From NCBI GenBank assembly GCA_018817715.1, contig JAHITT010000001.1, forward strand, positions 109,781 to 173,780: a stretch of DNA of 64,000 nt, in the 5' to 3' direction. The notes under the pieces were generated by a model. It was not told the origin of the DNA. It searched no databases and saw nothing but the letters and a program-made list of their open reading frames with translations. Below, piece after piece: positions 18,484 to 27,126 of the stretch. The translations under genes and the position numbers were made by a program. The DNA is from Patescibacteria group bacterium. Its GTDB lineage: Bacteria > Patescibacteriota > Patescibacteriia > Veblenbacterales > UBA10138. Each line of letters starts with the position of its first letter. The stretch's first letter is position 1.

Positions 18484-19054
18484 GAGATCTAACTTGATTT
18501 AATAATTTTCTTATTTGTTTAACATTTAACTTAGCCTCCTTTTGGCAATCTTTTAAAGTTAAATAAGATAATTTTTGTTTCATTTTATATTCAGCAAAAT
18601 CAATCGCCTGGGCCAAAGACAGTCCCCGCCTACCCAATTCATGCAATTCTATTAAAAATCCCTCCACAGTAATAAACTTAAAACATTCAGCATTTTTTAC
18701 CACCTCGGCAATCAAAGAAAGTGTCGGCTCTTTGCCATGATGTGCCTTGATTGAATTAATTATTATAATTCTATCAGACTTACTTACTCCCCACTTTTTT
18801 AAAATTGGTTCAACATAAAAAGCGCTCAAAACAGTATGCTTCTTTTGTATCCGGCCTTTAATAACCTTAGAAAAAACCGTATGTGCCAAATACAAAGCTG
18901 CTATAACTAGATCAGATCTCACTTTATGTTTTTTAGACAAAATGAATCCTTTTTTAACAGCCAACTCTGTTAAGGCCCAGGCTGGCGCACCATTCTTAAC
19001 TGTTTGACGCCTCATTAATTCTTTCGCTTTTAAAATCAAAACTTGACCTTTCAT
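18476..19054 (-). CDS. hypothetical protein, possibly degenerate HD-like
   Basis: 192 aa with AALYLAHTV and IKAHHG His-containing motifs but no canonical HD dyad. Overlaps the AlkD-like gene by 8 nt. Confidence 0.3.
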   Translation of the reverse strand: MKGQVLILKAKELMRRQTVKNGAPAWALTELAVKKGFILSKKHKVRSDLVIAALYLAHTVFSKVIKGRIQKKHTVLSAFYVEPILKKWGVSKSDRIIIINSIKAHHGKEPTLSLIAEVVKNAECFKFITVEGFLIELHELGRRGLSLAQAIDFAEYKMKQKLSYLTLKDCQKEAKLNVKQIRKLLNQVRSHG

Positions 19055-19068
19055 AAAAACACCTTTAA

Positions 19069-20106
19069 TTATTCAACCGAAATAAAATGTTTAACTAACT
19101 GAATCATTATATCCTTTTGTTTGGGCTGGCTGGAAGCCACCAATAAAGCCAAAGCTACCAAAGTAGTATCGGCTATTTTCCTTTGGCCTTTTTTATTTAG
19201 TAAATAATTATTCCTAGCCAAATATATTATTAACAAAAAAGAAGCGATTCTTTTATTACCATCCACAAAAGGATGATCCTTAATAATTAAATAAAAAAGA
19301 TGAGCTGCTTTATCTTCTAAACTAAAATAAAGTTCCCGGCCAGCATAAGTTTGGTTAACAGCTGCTAAAATACCAACTAAAGAATTACTTTTATCCAAAC
19401 CAAATAAGTCGCTAGCCTGCTTTTTATCAACCAATTGATTCTTTAACTCACTGATAGCCGGCACCGCCTGATCATAGGACAAACGATATTTAATGTTTTG
19501 CAACTCCTTAGCCAAGGCCGGTAAAACACCTTGATCGTAACTGTGAAGCAATAACCAAGACTGAGTATAATCGGTTATAACTTGAAGCAAACCAATCGCC
19601 TCTTCTCTGTCTAAATAACGATTAAGTAAAGTATTTTGTAAAACACTAACCGCTTGCTCTAATTTTTTAAAACTTAAACCAGTTTGGTCTTTAAGACGAT
19701 TTTGATTAAGAGTAAAACCTTGCACTAAATGGTCTTTTAAAACCTTACTGGCCCAAACTCTAAATCTAGTCCCCTGTTTGGAATTAACCCGATAGCCCAC
19801 AGAAATAATGGCATCTAAATTATAATACTCTAAAGCGCGTTTTATCTGACGATTTCCCTCATTTTGAACTGTTGCATATTTGGCAACAGTTGCCGACTTG
19901 TTAAGCTCCTTTTCCTTATAAATATTGGTTAAATGGCGGGAAATTACCGACTTATCCCGATTAAATAAATCGGCCATTTGTTGCAAGGTTAACCAAACCG
20001 TATCTTTATTTAAACGAACTTCTAAAGAAGAAATTTTACCTGTTGGTTGATAAATAATAACTTCACCTCGATTGACTATTGATTTGTTATCTTTACTAGT
20101 GGCCAT
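19069..20106 (-). CDS. RhuM-family N-terminal domain fused to a Fic/Doc domain
   Basis: The N-terminal YNLDAIISVGYRVNSKQGTRFRVWASKVLKDHL is classic RhuM (PF13310). The C-terminal HPFVDGNKRIASFLL is the Fic motif HxFx(D/E)GNxR. Confidence 0.7.
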   Translation of the reverse strand: MATSKDNKSIVNRGEVIIYQPTGKISSLEVRLNKDTVWLTLQQMADLFNRDKSVISRHLTNIYKEKELNKSATVAKYATVQNEGNRQIKRALEYYNLDAIISVGYRVNSKQGTRFRVWASKVLKDHLVQGFTLNQNRLKDQTGLSFKKLEQAVSVLQNTLLNRYLDREEAIGLLQVITDYTQSWLLLHSYDQGVLPALAKELQNIKYRLSYDQAVPAISELKNQLVDKKQASDLFGLDKSNSLVGILAAVNQTYAGRELYFSLEDKAAHLFYLIIKDHPFVDGNKRIASFLLIIYLARNNYLLNKKGQRKIADTTLVALALLVASSQPKQKDIMIQLVKHFISVE

Positions 20107-20121
20107 AAATATTTTTATATC

Positions 20122-21150
20122 CTACAACCATTTTTTTCTTTTAAAATAAGCCAACATAAAACCGGCCACCACCACAATAACCAACCACACCGCGGGATAA
20201 CCATAAGGTGAACTAAGTTCCGGCATATACTTAAAATTCATGCCGTAAACACCAACGATAAAAGTTAAAGGTATAAAAATAGTGGCAATAATCGTAAGAA
20301 CTTTCATAACTTCATTTAAACGATTACTCTCGCTGGATAAATAAACGTCCAACAATCCTAAAACCATGTCGCGGTAAGTTTCTAGGGAATCCATAACCTG
20401 AACAGTGTGATCGTATAGCTCCCTTAAATAAGGTTTTGTATGTTTTTGAATTAAATTAGAATCCGATCTTTCTAGGGTAGACACCACTTCCCGCAAGGGC
20501 CAGACGGCTTTACGCAATAATATTAACTGCCGCCTAAGTCCATGAACAATCCGTGCTGTACTGGGCAACGGCTTATCCACTAATTTATTTTCTAAAGCTT
20601 CAATCTGCTCACCGATTTTTTCCAAAATTAAAAAATAATTATCCACCACGGCATCAGTCAAAGCGTAAGCCAAATAATCAATGCCATTTTTACGTAAACG
20701 ACTATCATCTGTTAATAAAACGGCGCGTAATTTTTCAAAAACATCTTGCGGATTATCTTGAAAAGAAACTAGATAATTTTTACCCACCACCAAACTTATC
20801 TGCTCCGCTGAAATTTTTTTACTATCGACATTATAAAAAACCATTTTAAAAGTCAAAAACAAATAGTCACCATAGTCTTCCAATTTGGGCCTTTGTTGAG
20901 AATTACTAAGAGACTCCGTTACCAAATGATGCCACTTAAGCTGCTTGGCTAAATTAGCTAAAATATCTAAGTTAATTCCGTCAACCACATCTAACCAAAC
21001 CAAACTGGGAGTTGCTACCAATGTGGCCATATCGGGCAAAGATTTTAATTCTCGTTTTTGACAATTATTTTTATCGTATTCAAAAACTCTAAAGTTGGGT
21101 TGCTTATCAGCTGTCTTAGTTAGATTAGACATAAAATAAAAGTAAACCAA
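20122..21150 (-). CDS. corA: CorA-family Mg2+/Co2+ transporter
   Basis: YGMNF (GMN motif) before the two C-terminal TM helices. Confidence 0.85.
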   Translation of the reverse strand: MVYFYFMSNLTKTADKQPNFRVFEYDKNNCQKRELKSLPDMATLVATPSLVWLDVVDGINLDILANLAKQLKWHHLVTESLSNSQQRPKLEDYGDYLFLTFKMVFYNVDSKKISAEQISLVVGKNYLVSFQDNPQDVFEKLRAVLLTDDSRLRKNGIDYLAYALTDAVVDNYFLILEKIGEQIEALENKLVDKPLPSTARIVHGLRRQLILLRKAVWPLREVVSTLERSDSNLIQKHTKPYLRELYDHTVQVMDSLETYRDMVLGLLDVYLSSESNRLNEVMKVLTIIATIFIPLTFIVGVYGMNFKYMPELSSPYGYPAVWLVIVVVAGFMLAYFKRKKWL

Positions 21151-21741
21151 TTAGGACCTATTTAAAAAAGGGTTAACACCTCCAAAAACTATTTCCGGTG
21201 TTTGATTATTTATAATATCTTCCGACAAATTATATTTTAAACTATATAAATGGCCGATAGCACAAAATTTGGCCTGACTATAATCAAAACCTAAAGCCAA
21301 ACTAACTTCCTTAACCATCTGCTCGCTAGAACCCTCTATTTCCACGAACGGTTCTAACCAGGGCCACTGGTCTATAGTTATTTCCACATCCGATAATTTC
21401 CATAATTCTCTAGTTGATTCCTGATAAGCCTTTTTTTGGCAACCAATCGCTGTCAACAATTCCACCGCCTTAGTAAAATTGGACACTTGCAAACAAATTT
21501 CTTTTTGATCCTCAATCCGGCCATTGATAACTTGTTTATAGCTTAAGGTTATTTTATCCGCCTCATCCCTCACTCTAAGCCAAGCACCCGGTTTAGCCTG
21601 TCCAGACGGCAAGGTAAAAACTACCCGTTTTTGTAAAAATTCAGGTTTAATTAATAAGGCGCCAGCTTTAGTAAGCCTTTGCCTAATGTCGGCCTTTTCC
21701 ACCGGACTAAAAGTAGCTTCGTATTCCGTGTCCATATTCAC
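21151..21741 (-). CDS. CYTH-domain protein (class IV adenylyl cyclase / triphosphate tunnel metalloenzyme family)
   Basis: N-terminal EYEATF (the ExExK-like motif) and C-terminal VEIEG, about 190 aa. Its stop abuts the corA start. Confidence 0.55.
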   Translation of the reverse strand: MNMDTEYEATFSPVEKADIRQRLTKAGALLIKPEFLQKRVVFTLPSGQAKPGAWLRVRDEADKITLSYKQVINGRIEDQKEICLQVSNFTKAVELLTAIGCQKKAYQESTRELWKLSDVEITIDQWPWLEPFVEIEGSSEQMVKEVSLALGFDYSQAKFCAIGHLYSLKYNLSEDIINNQTPEIVFGGVNPFLNRS

Positions 21742-21756
21742 TATTATAACACCAAA

Positions 21757-22227
21757 TCAATAATGATAATTTTTATTTTTTAAAATAGTAATTGCCCGAT
21801 AAATTTGCTCAATCAGCATTACCCTGGCTAATTCGTGAGGCAGGGTCATTTGGGACAAAGCCAATTTCTGAAAACCCGGATAATGCAAGACCTCCTTGGA
21901 TAAACCTAAGGTACCGCCAACCACAAAAACTATTAACCCCTGGCAATTAGTTAACTTGCCGACTAATTGACTAGAGGTATATTCAGTACCATGCTCGTCT
22001 AAAACAAAAAAACAACCATGTTCAATTTTCTTTATTTCTTTTAACAAGCGCTCACCTTCGGCGCGCTTTACCCTGTCTCGATCAGCCCGTTCTGTAAAAG
22101 ACTCCGGCTTTACTTCCCTAATCTCCACTTTGCCATAAGGTTGTAACCGTTTTAAATATTCCCTACAGGCCTGCTGGTAAAAACTTGTCTTAAGTTTACC
22201 TACAGCTAAAATTATTATTTTAAACAT
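21757..22227 (-). CDS. rlmH: 23S rRNA (pseudouridine1915-N3)-methyltransferase RlmH (SPOUT)
   Basis: MFKIIILAVGKLK...VFVVGGTLGLS...LSQMTLPHELARVMLIEQIYRA. Start moved to MFKII because the ORF-track 5' extension is likely spurious. Confidence 0.8.
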   Translation of the reverse strand: MFKIIILAVGKLKTSFYQQACREYLKRLQPYGKVEIREVKPESFTERADRDRVKRAEGERLLKEIKKIEHGCFFVLDEHGTEYTSSQLVGKLTNCQGLIVFVVGGTLGLSKEVLHYPGFQKLALSQMTLPHELARVMLIEQIYRAITILKNKNYHY

Positions 22228-22307
22228 ACTATAATTATAAAGCAATTTGACAAAACCCCCAATAAAAGCTAATAAAAGAAAAGTTAAACAAACAAAGGGG
22301 CTTAACA

Positions 22308-22874
22308 ATGAAAGGAATATTTTTGGCCTTAATTGGGCCTAACGGAACTGGAAAAACCAGTTTAGCTAAAAACCTGGCTAAGCGGCTGGGCTGGTTGTAT
22401 CTAAAATCCCCGCCTAAACAATTTTGGCGAGAAAGAAGCCATATAGAAAGGCTTGGTGACTTACAAGATAGATATAAATTTTATTTAAAAATCAATAAAT
22501 ATTTATCTATCTTTATTAAAAAAAAGATATACCAAGGTAAATCCGTTATACTAGACAGGTACTATTTGGATACTTGGATTACCCATAATCAAATAATCCA
22601 AGAAAAAGATTTCCGAGGATTATTGGAGCCTAATCTTACAATCTTAGTGACTTGTACGGTAAAAAAACAACTGAAGCGATTGGCTAAAAGAAAAAAACTA
22701 TCAACATCTGAAAAAAGATACTCCACCGCACAACTCAATTCCCTAACTCAAACTTATAGAAAAATAGCTACCAGGGCTACACGTTTATTACTAATAAACA
22801 CGGACAAAAAAACCAAAAAACAAAACCTGGCTATAACCTTAGATGCTCTTAAAAAATTGGAACTTATATCTTAA
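22308..22874 (+). CDS. P-loop nucleotide kinase, thymidylate-kinase-like
   Basis: Walker A GPNGTGKTS and a DRY motif (ILDRYYLD) as in dTMP/dNMP kinases. AT-rich. Confidence 0.45.
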   Translation: MKGIFLALIGPNGTGKTSLAKNLAKRLGWLYLKSPPKQFWRERSHIERLGDLQDRYKFYLKINKYLSIFIKKKIYQGKSVILDRYYLDTWITHNQIIQEKDFRGLLEPNLTILVTCTVKKQLKRLAKRKKLSTSEKRYSTAQLNSLTQTYRKIATRATRLLLINTDKKTKKQNLAITLDALKKLELIS

Positions 22875-22904
22875 CCCTTGTTTTATAAAAATAAAACAAG
22901 GGTT
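22873..22904. terminator. bidirectional rho-independent terminator hairpin
   Basis: aacccttgtttta-taaaaa-taaaacaagggtt, flanked by T/A runs between convergent genes. Confidence 0.6.
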
Positions 22905-22912
22905 AGTTTTTA

Positions 22913-24466
22913 TTACTTAGGCAAAAGCTCTCTGGATTTAACAGCTGGCTGATCAATTGAATCTGTGAACGGCTCAATCATAGGCCAAGACTGAGGCGTT
23001 GGCCGGTTGTTTTGGCCATTGTTAGCCAAAGCTTGATCAACCAATTCCTTAACCAAAGGCACCACTACCCCTACTTGATTTAATTGGTTTTGGTGGCTGT
23101 TAAAATTATTAACCGGAAACAATAAAGCTGGCACATACAAAAATTGGCCACTATTTTCTTTTTGCTGCCACCATTTAGCATAAATTAACTTAGGAGTCAT
23201 AAGTTCTACATCTCCGCCCGGCTGATTTGATTCCATAATATAATAAATATCACTTTGCCAACCACCCTGAAGCGCTAATTTTAACAAACGATCAAAATCC
23301 GTTTCCATTTCATAGGCTGAACCAACAAAACTATTAAGCTGAGCTCCCCATAAGCCGGTCACCCGCTGACTACGCAAACTAACACTAACAGTTAAACCAA
23401 CTGGCTGACCGCCAGATAGTTCATACACCTCTTTGTCCTGCAGACTCCAGGGATATAAAACAGTCATAGTATCTGGATAATAAATTTCCTGACCAGAAAC
23501 GGTCTGAGCCAAAACCCTGGGCCAATCTTTATTAACTATCGGCTGACCATAATCACTTAAATCAAAATTTATATCTGACAAAAATTTATTAGCAATTGAT
23601 ATTAACTGATCATTAGGCAACAACTGCTCTTGAGTAATTCTGTTTTGTATTACGCAAGCCTCATCCCTACAATTAGCTTCCGGATGAGGCCAATAAGCCC
23701 AGTTTTCTCCCAAAGACAACTGCCCTTCACTACCGCTCCAGCTGACTATATAACCAAATTCTTTATTTTGTGATAATGACCAAGACTGTAAAGACAGATC
23801 ATTGAATTTGCTTAAATCCAAAGGCAATTTGCCTAATTGTCCAAATAGTCCTCTAATCGAGCCACTACTTGAAGATGGTTGATATTGCACAACCATGCTG
23901 GAGCTAGGCAAATCATCGATTTTTTCCCCTTTATAAACATAGTTCAAACTCGGCTGCGGCTGATAAGGTGCCGGATAAATTAAAGATTTAGCACTGGCTG
24001 ATGAATCAGCTGACAAAGATTCAGCCCGAGGAGCCGCTAGGCTTAAGCCGCCACCTCCACCCAAACCAGTAGCTTGCTTAATCGCTGGCTGACTCAACAA
24101 AGAACCAAAAGCTCTGTCTGGTAATCCAATTAGTTTGTTTGAATTAATCTGATAGTCTAATTTAGGTAAAAATTGAACAGTCAAAATGACTAACAATAAA
24201 ATACCGCTAACACCCCAACCTAATACAGGTGATCTAAAATAATTGCCTATCACACCAAAATAAGTAGACCAAAAGTTAGTCGGCCGCTTAGCAAACTTAT
24301 TTAACAATTGATTTTTTAATTCATTCTTAAAATTTTCATCTATTACCAAAGCGGGCCGGGCCATAGTTAAAGCCTGCAAAATTTTAATCAATTCCCCCTC
24401 CCTCTGGCGTAAACCAGGCTCTAATTGATAAATATCTTCTAATATCTGCTGATAAATATTTTCCAT
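22913..24466 (-). CDS. putative membrane-spanning anti-sigma factor (cytoplasmic N-domain, 1 TM, large extracytoplasmic domain)
   Basis: Follows the ECF sigma gene 4 nt downstream on the same strand. TM helix GVSGILLLVILTVQFL after roughly 80 cytoplasmic residues. Confidence 0.4.
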   Translation of the reverse strand: MENIYQQILEDIYQLEPGLRQREGELIKILQALTMARPALVIDENFKNELKNQLLNKFAKRPTNFWSTYFGVIGNYFRSPVLGWGVSGILLLVILTVQFLPKLDYQINSNKLIGLPDRAFGSLLSQPAIKQATGLGGGGGLSLAAPRAESLSADSSASAKSLIYPAPYQPQPSLNYVYKGEKIDDLPSSSMVVQYQPSSSSGSIRGLFGQLGKLPLDLSKFNDLSLQSWSLSQNKEFGYIVSWSGSEGQLSLGENWAYWPHPEANCRDEACVIQNRITQEQLLPNDQLISIANKFLSDINFDLSDYGQPIVNKDWPRVLAQTVSGQEIYYPDTMTVLYPWSLQDKEVYELSGGQPVGLTVSVSLRSQRVTGLWGAQLNSFVGSAYEMETDFDRLLKLALQGGWQSDIYYIMESNQPGGDVELMTPKLIYAKWWQQKENSGQFLYVPALLFPVNNFNSHQNQLNQVGVVVPLVKELVDQALANNGQNNRPTPQSWPMIEPFTDSIDQPAVKSRELLPK

Positions 24467-24470
24467 AATG

Positions 24471-25049
24471 CTAATTTCGGTAAAACTGACCGATAATTGT
24501 TAAATAAAGCAGGACTAAAGGGAACTCCTGTCTGATTTTAGCCATCGTCCGACTAAAAGACATTTTACAACTAGCTAAACTTTTGCCAGTTACTCCAGCT
24601 ATTTCTTCATAAGACAAACCATCCCATAATCTTAATAAAACAATTTCCCTCTGCTCTTTAGATAAATTATTTAAATAACTCTGTATTTGTTCCAAAGCGA
24701 TGTTGTTAGCCGCCTCTTTAGCTGGATTATCCTGGGAGCTTAAATTTCCTATCAAATCTATATCCTCAGTAATTTGGCTGGTGCGCCAATGATCATAAAG
24801 AGTATTACGGGCGATACGGTACAGCCAAGCGGAGAAAGTTCCTTTATCAGCCTTGTATTGATATAACTTTTCCAAAGCTTTAGTAAAAATTAAACTAGTC
24901 AAATCCTCACTAACTTCTTTGTGTCTGGTGCGATAATAAATAAAACCGTATATTTTTTTAAAATATTCTTCATAAAGACTGCTAAAAGCACCTAAGTCGC
25001 CCTGCTGCGCTCGGCTGATGATCTGGCTGTTTTGTTCAATTGCTTCCAT
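24471..25049 (-). CDS. ECF-subfamily RNA polymerase sigma-70 factor
   Basis: Region 2 (FTKALEKLYQY, WLYRIARNTLYDHWR) and region 4 (LLRLWDGLSYEEIAGVTGKSLASCK). Confidence 0.8.
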   Translation of the reverse strand: MEAIEQNSQIISRAQQGDLGAFSSLYEEYFKKIYGFIYYRTRHKEVSEDLTSLIFTKALEKLYQYKADKGTFSAWLYRIARNTLYDHWRTSQITEDIDLIGNLSSQDNPAKEAANNIALEQIQSYLNNLSKEQREIVLLRLWDGLSYEEIAGVTGKSLASCKMSFSRTMAKIRQEFPLVLLYLTIIGQFYRN

Positions 25050-25198
25050 GTTAAACCGTATTTTAAATAATTGGGCCGACTATCAAATGTAAATCCTCGT
25101 TCGGACCAATAAAAACTTTTTAGTCTTTTAAGCATAGCATTTTACTTTAATTATTTAAATAACCCCCTATTATAACCTACGACTCAACTAACAAAAAG

Positions 25199-25228
25199 TA
25201 ACCCCTCCTCTTATAAAGAGGAGGGGTT
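25199..25228 (-). terminator. rho-independent terminator of the SIMPL gene
   Basis: Perfect hairpin aacccctcctctt-ataa-agaggaggggtt, followed by a T-run on the minus strand. Confidence 0.65.
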
Positions 25229-25252
25229 AAAAATACCAAATAACTTCGGTTG

Positions 25253-26029
25253 TTATTTAATCTTATAGTTCAAATTCACTTCTATAACAACTTCCTGACT
25301 ACCACTAGGCAATTGCGGTGAACCAGCCGAACCCATACCACCCTTACCATCATAATAAGGCATTGGTTGACCTGGCACCTGAATCAGGTTCTCCCACCAA
25401 CCGACAACTTCCCCCAAAGTAACCCCGGCCGCGGCAGACAATTTAACCGACTTAGTCTTGGCATCAACAATCGCTTTTAGTCTGGCTTCTTCTTTCAAAT
25501 TTTCTAGATTAGAAGTTTCAAAACTAATACCAGTTACTTGATTGGCGCCAGCTTCGGTCGCACCAGCAATAACTTTGGCTACCTTAGTACTATCGCCAGC
25601 AATTTCATTAACTTTAACTATTAACTGCTGATTAGCGCTATAACCCGAAGGTACTGTAACACCATCTTTATAATCGTACTGCGGATTAAGATAATAAGAT
25701 TGAGTTTGTATATCAGTTTCGTTAATACCCGCTGCCTTAGCGGCCGCTATAACTTTAACCATTTTATCATTAAGCTCCTGCAAAGCCTTAGCAGCTGTGG
25801 CTACTTTATCAACTTGCACCCCCAAAGTCACATTGGCAATATCGGGCTGATAACTAACCCGACCCTGCCCTGTAACATTAACCTGCCACTGCGGCTGGTT
25901 AACAAACCTATCTCTTAATAAAGCTAACACCAAAATACCCGCTAATAAAACTAACCCTACTAGACTAAGAATAGTCTTAGGGCTACGCCAGCTTAGGCAA
26001 CAAGCGCTGGTCGAATCAATCTGTTCCAT
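25253..26029 (-). CDS. SIMPL/DUF541-domain protein (YggE-like), TM anchored
   Basis: GQGRVSYQPDIANVTLGV...AKALQELNDKMVKVIAAAKAAGI...ENLKEEARLKAIVDAKTKSVKLSAAAGVTLGEV pattern typical of PF04402. Confidence 0.65.
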   Translation of the reverse strand: MEQIDSTSACCLSWRSPKTILSLVGLVLLAGILVLALLRDRFVNQPQWQVNVTGQGRVSYQPDIANVTLGVQVDKVATAAKALQELNDKMVKVIAAAKAAGINETDIQTQSYYLNPQYDYKDGVTVPSGYSANQQLIVKVNEIAGDSTKVAKVIAGATEAGANQVTGISFETSNLENLKEEARLKAIVDAKTKSVKLSAAAGVTLGEVVGWWENLIQVPGQPMPYYDGKGGMGSAGSPQLPSGSQEVVIEVNLNYKIK

Positions 26030-26245
26030 AAAACATTCCCTTTTTATAACCTAAACAGGCTTTAGCCTATTTAGGGCTGTTAAATAATAAATTCTAACTA
26101 ATTATACGCTAGTTAATCCAAAAAGTAACATGACTGACTTATTTATGAATTATAACTAAAGTCTGGTATTTTAAGCAAAGTGTTACTAATATTAAACTGA
26201 ATCGTAAGCTATAATATAAACGTTCTAATTATTAACCTAAAAACT

Positions 26246-27037
26246 ATGATCAATGAACCCTATAGTCAAATACCCAGCAAACTAAAAATAGCTTTAGGTC
26301 TGTTACTAATATTATGGCTAGCCACCCTAAGTGTTCACAAAATTTTTCAAGCTGGCCTATCTTACCAAGAATTAAATCACTGGCAAAATCCCCGCAGTAC
26401 CAATGATACAGTAAGTTTAAGTGGTGAAGGTAAAGTTGTCGCCATTCCAGACGTAGCCATAATTTCTCTATCTGTAGAAAACCGATCCAAAACCGTGGCT
26501 GCCGTCCAACAAGATAGCAATAAAAAAATGAATGATATTGTTTCTTATCTTAAGGGCCTAGACATTGATAAAAAAGATATCAAAACCACCAACTATAATT
26601 TAAGACCACTGTACGCTTACAACCAAGAAACTGGCAAACAAATTTTTGACGGCTACGAATTAAATCAAACCATTGAAGTTAAAATAAGACAACTGGATAA
26701 AGCCAGCCAAGTTTTAGATGGTGCTTTAAGTAAGGGTGCCAATCAAATCGGCCAGCTTAATTTTACTGTCGATAATCCAGAACAATTGCGAAACGAGGCA
26801 AGACTTAAAGCCATTGCCCAAGCTAAAGAAAAAGCCCTTGCTTTGGCTGAAGCGGCTGGTGTAAAACTAGGCAAAGTCCGCTCTTTTTCAGAAAATACTA
26901 ATTCACCAACTCCTTACCGAAATTATCTAAGCCAAGATTTATCCTATGCTGAATCAGCCAAAACTATAGCGCCAACTATAGAAGCTGGGAGTCAAGAAAT
27001 AATTGTCCAAGTAACTATGAGTTTTGAAATTGAATAA
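26246..27037 (+). CDS. SIMPL/DUF541-domain protein, paralog, divergently transcribed
   Basis: GEGKVVAIPDVAIISLSV...QQDSNKKMNDIVSYLKGLDI...EQLRNEARLKAIAQAKEKALALAEAAGVKLGKV. Confidence 0.65.
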   Translation: MINEPYSQIPSKLKIALGLLLILWLATLSVHKIFQAGLSYQELNHWQNPRSTNDTVSLSGEGKVVAIPDVAIISLSVENRSKTVAAVQQDSNKKMNDIVSYLKGLDIDKKDIKTTNYNLRPLYAYNQETGKQIFDGYELNQTIEVKIRQLDKASQVLDGALSKGANQIGQLNFTVDNPEQLRNEARLKAIAQAKEKALALAEAAGVKLGKVRSFSENTNSPTPYRNYLSQDLSYAESAKTIAPTIEAGSQEIIVQVTMSFEIE

Positions 27038-27126
27038 TACGATTCAATTCTAATTCCTACTCACCCACTCTTTAATAAGGGTGGGTGTTGTTTTATATAT
27101 TTTATTTTTTATATAAATAACAAACA

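Noticed and set aside
20553-20849. 98-aa plus-strand ORF
   Set aside because: Antisense within corA.
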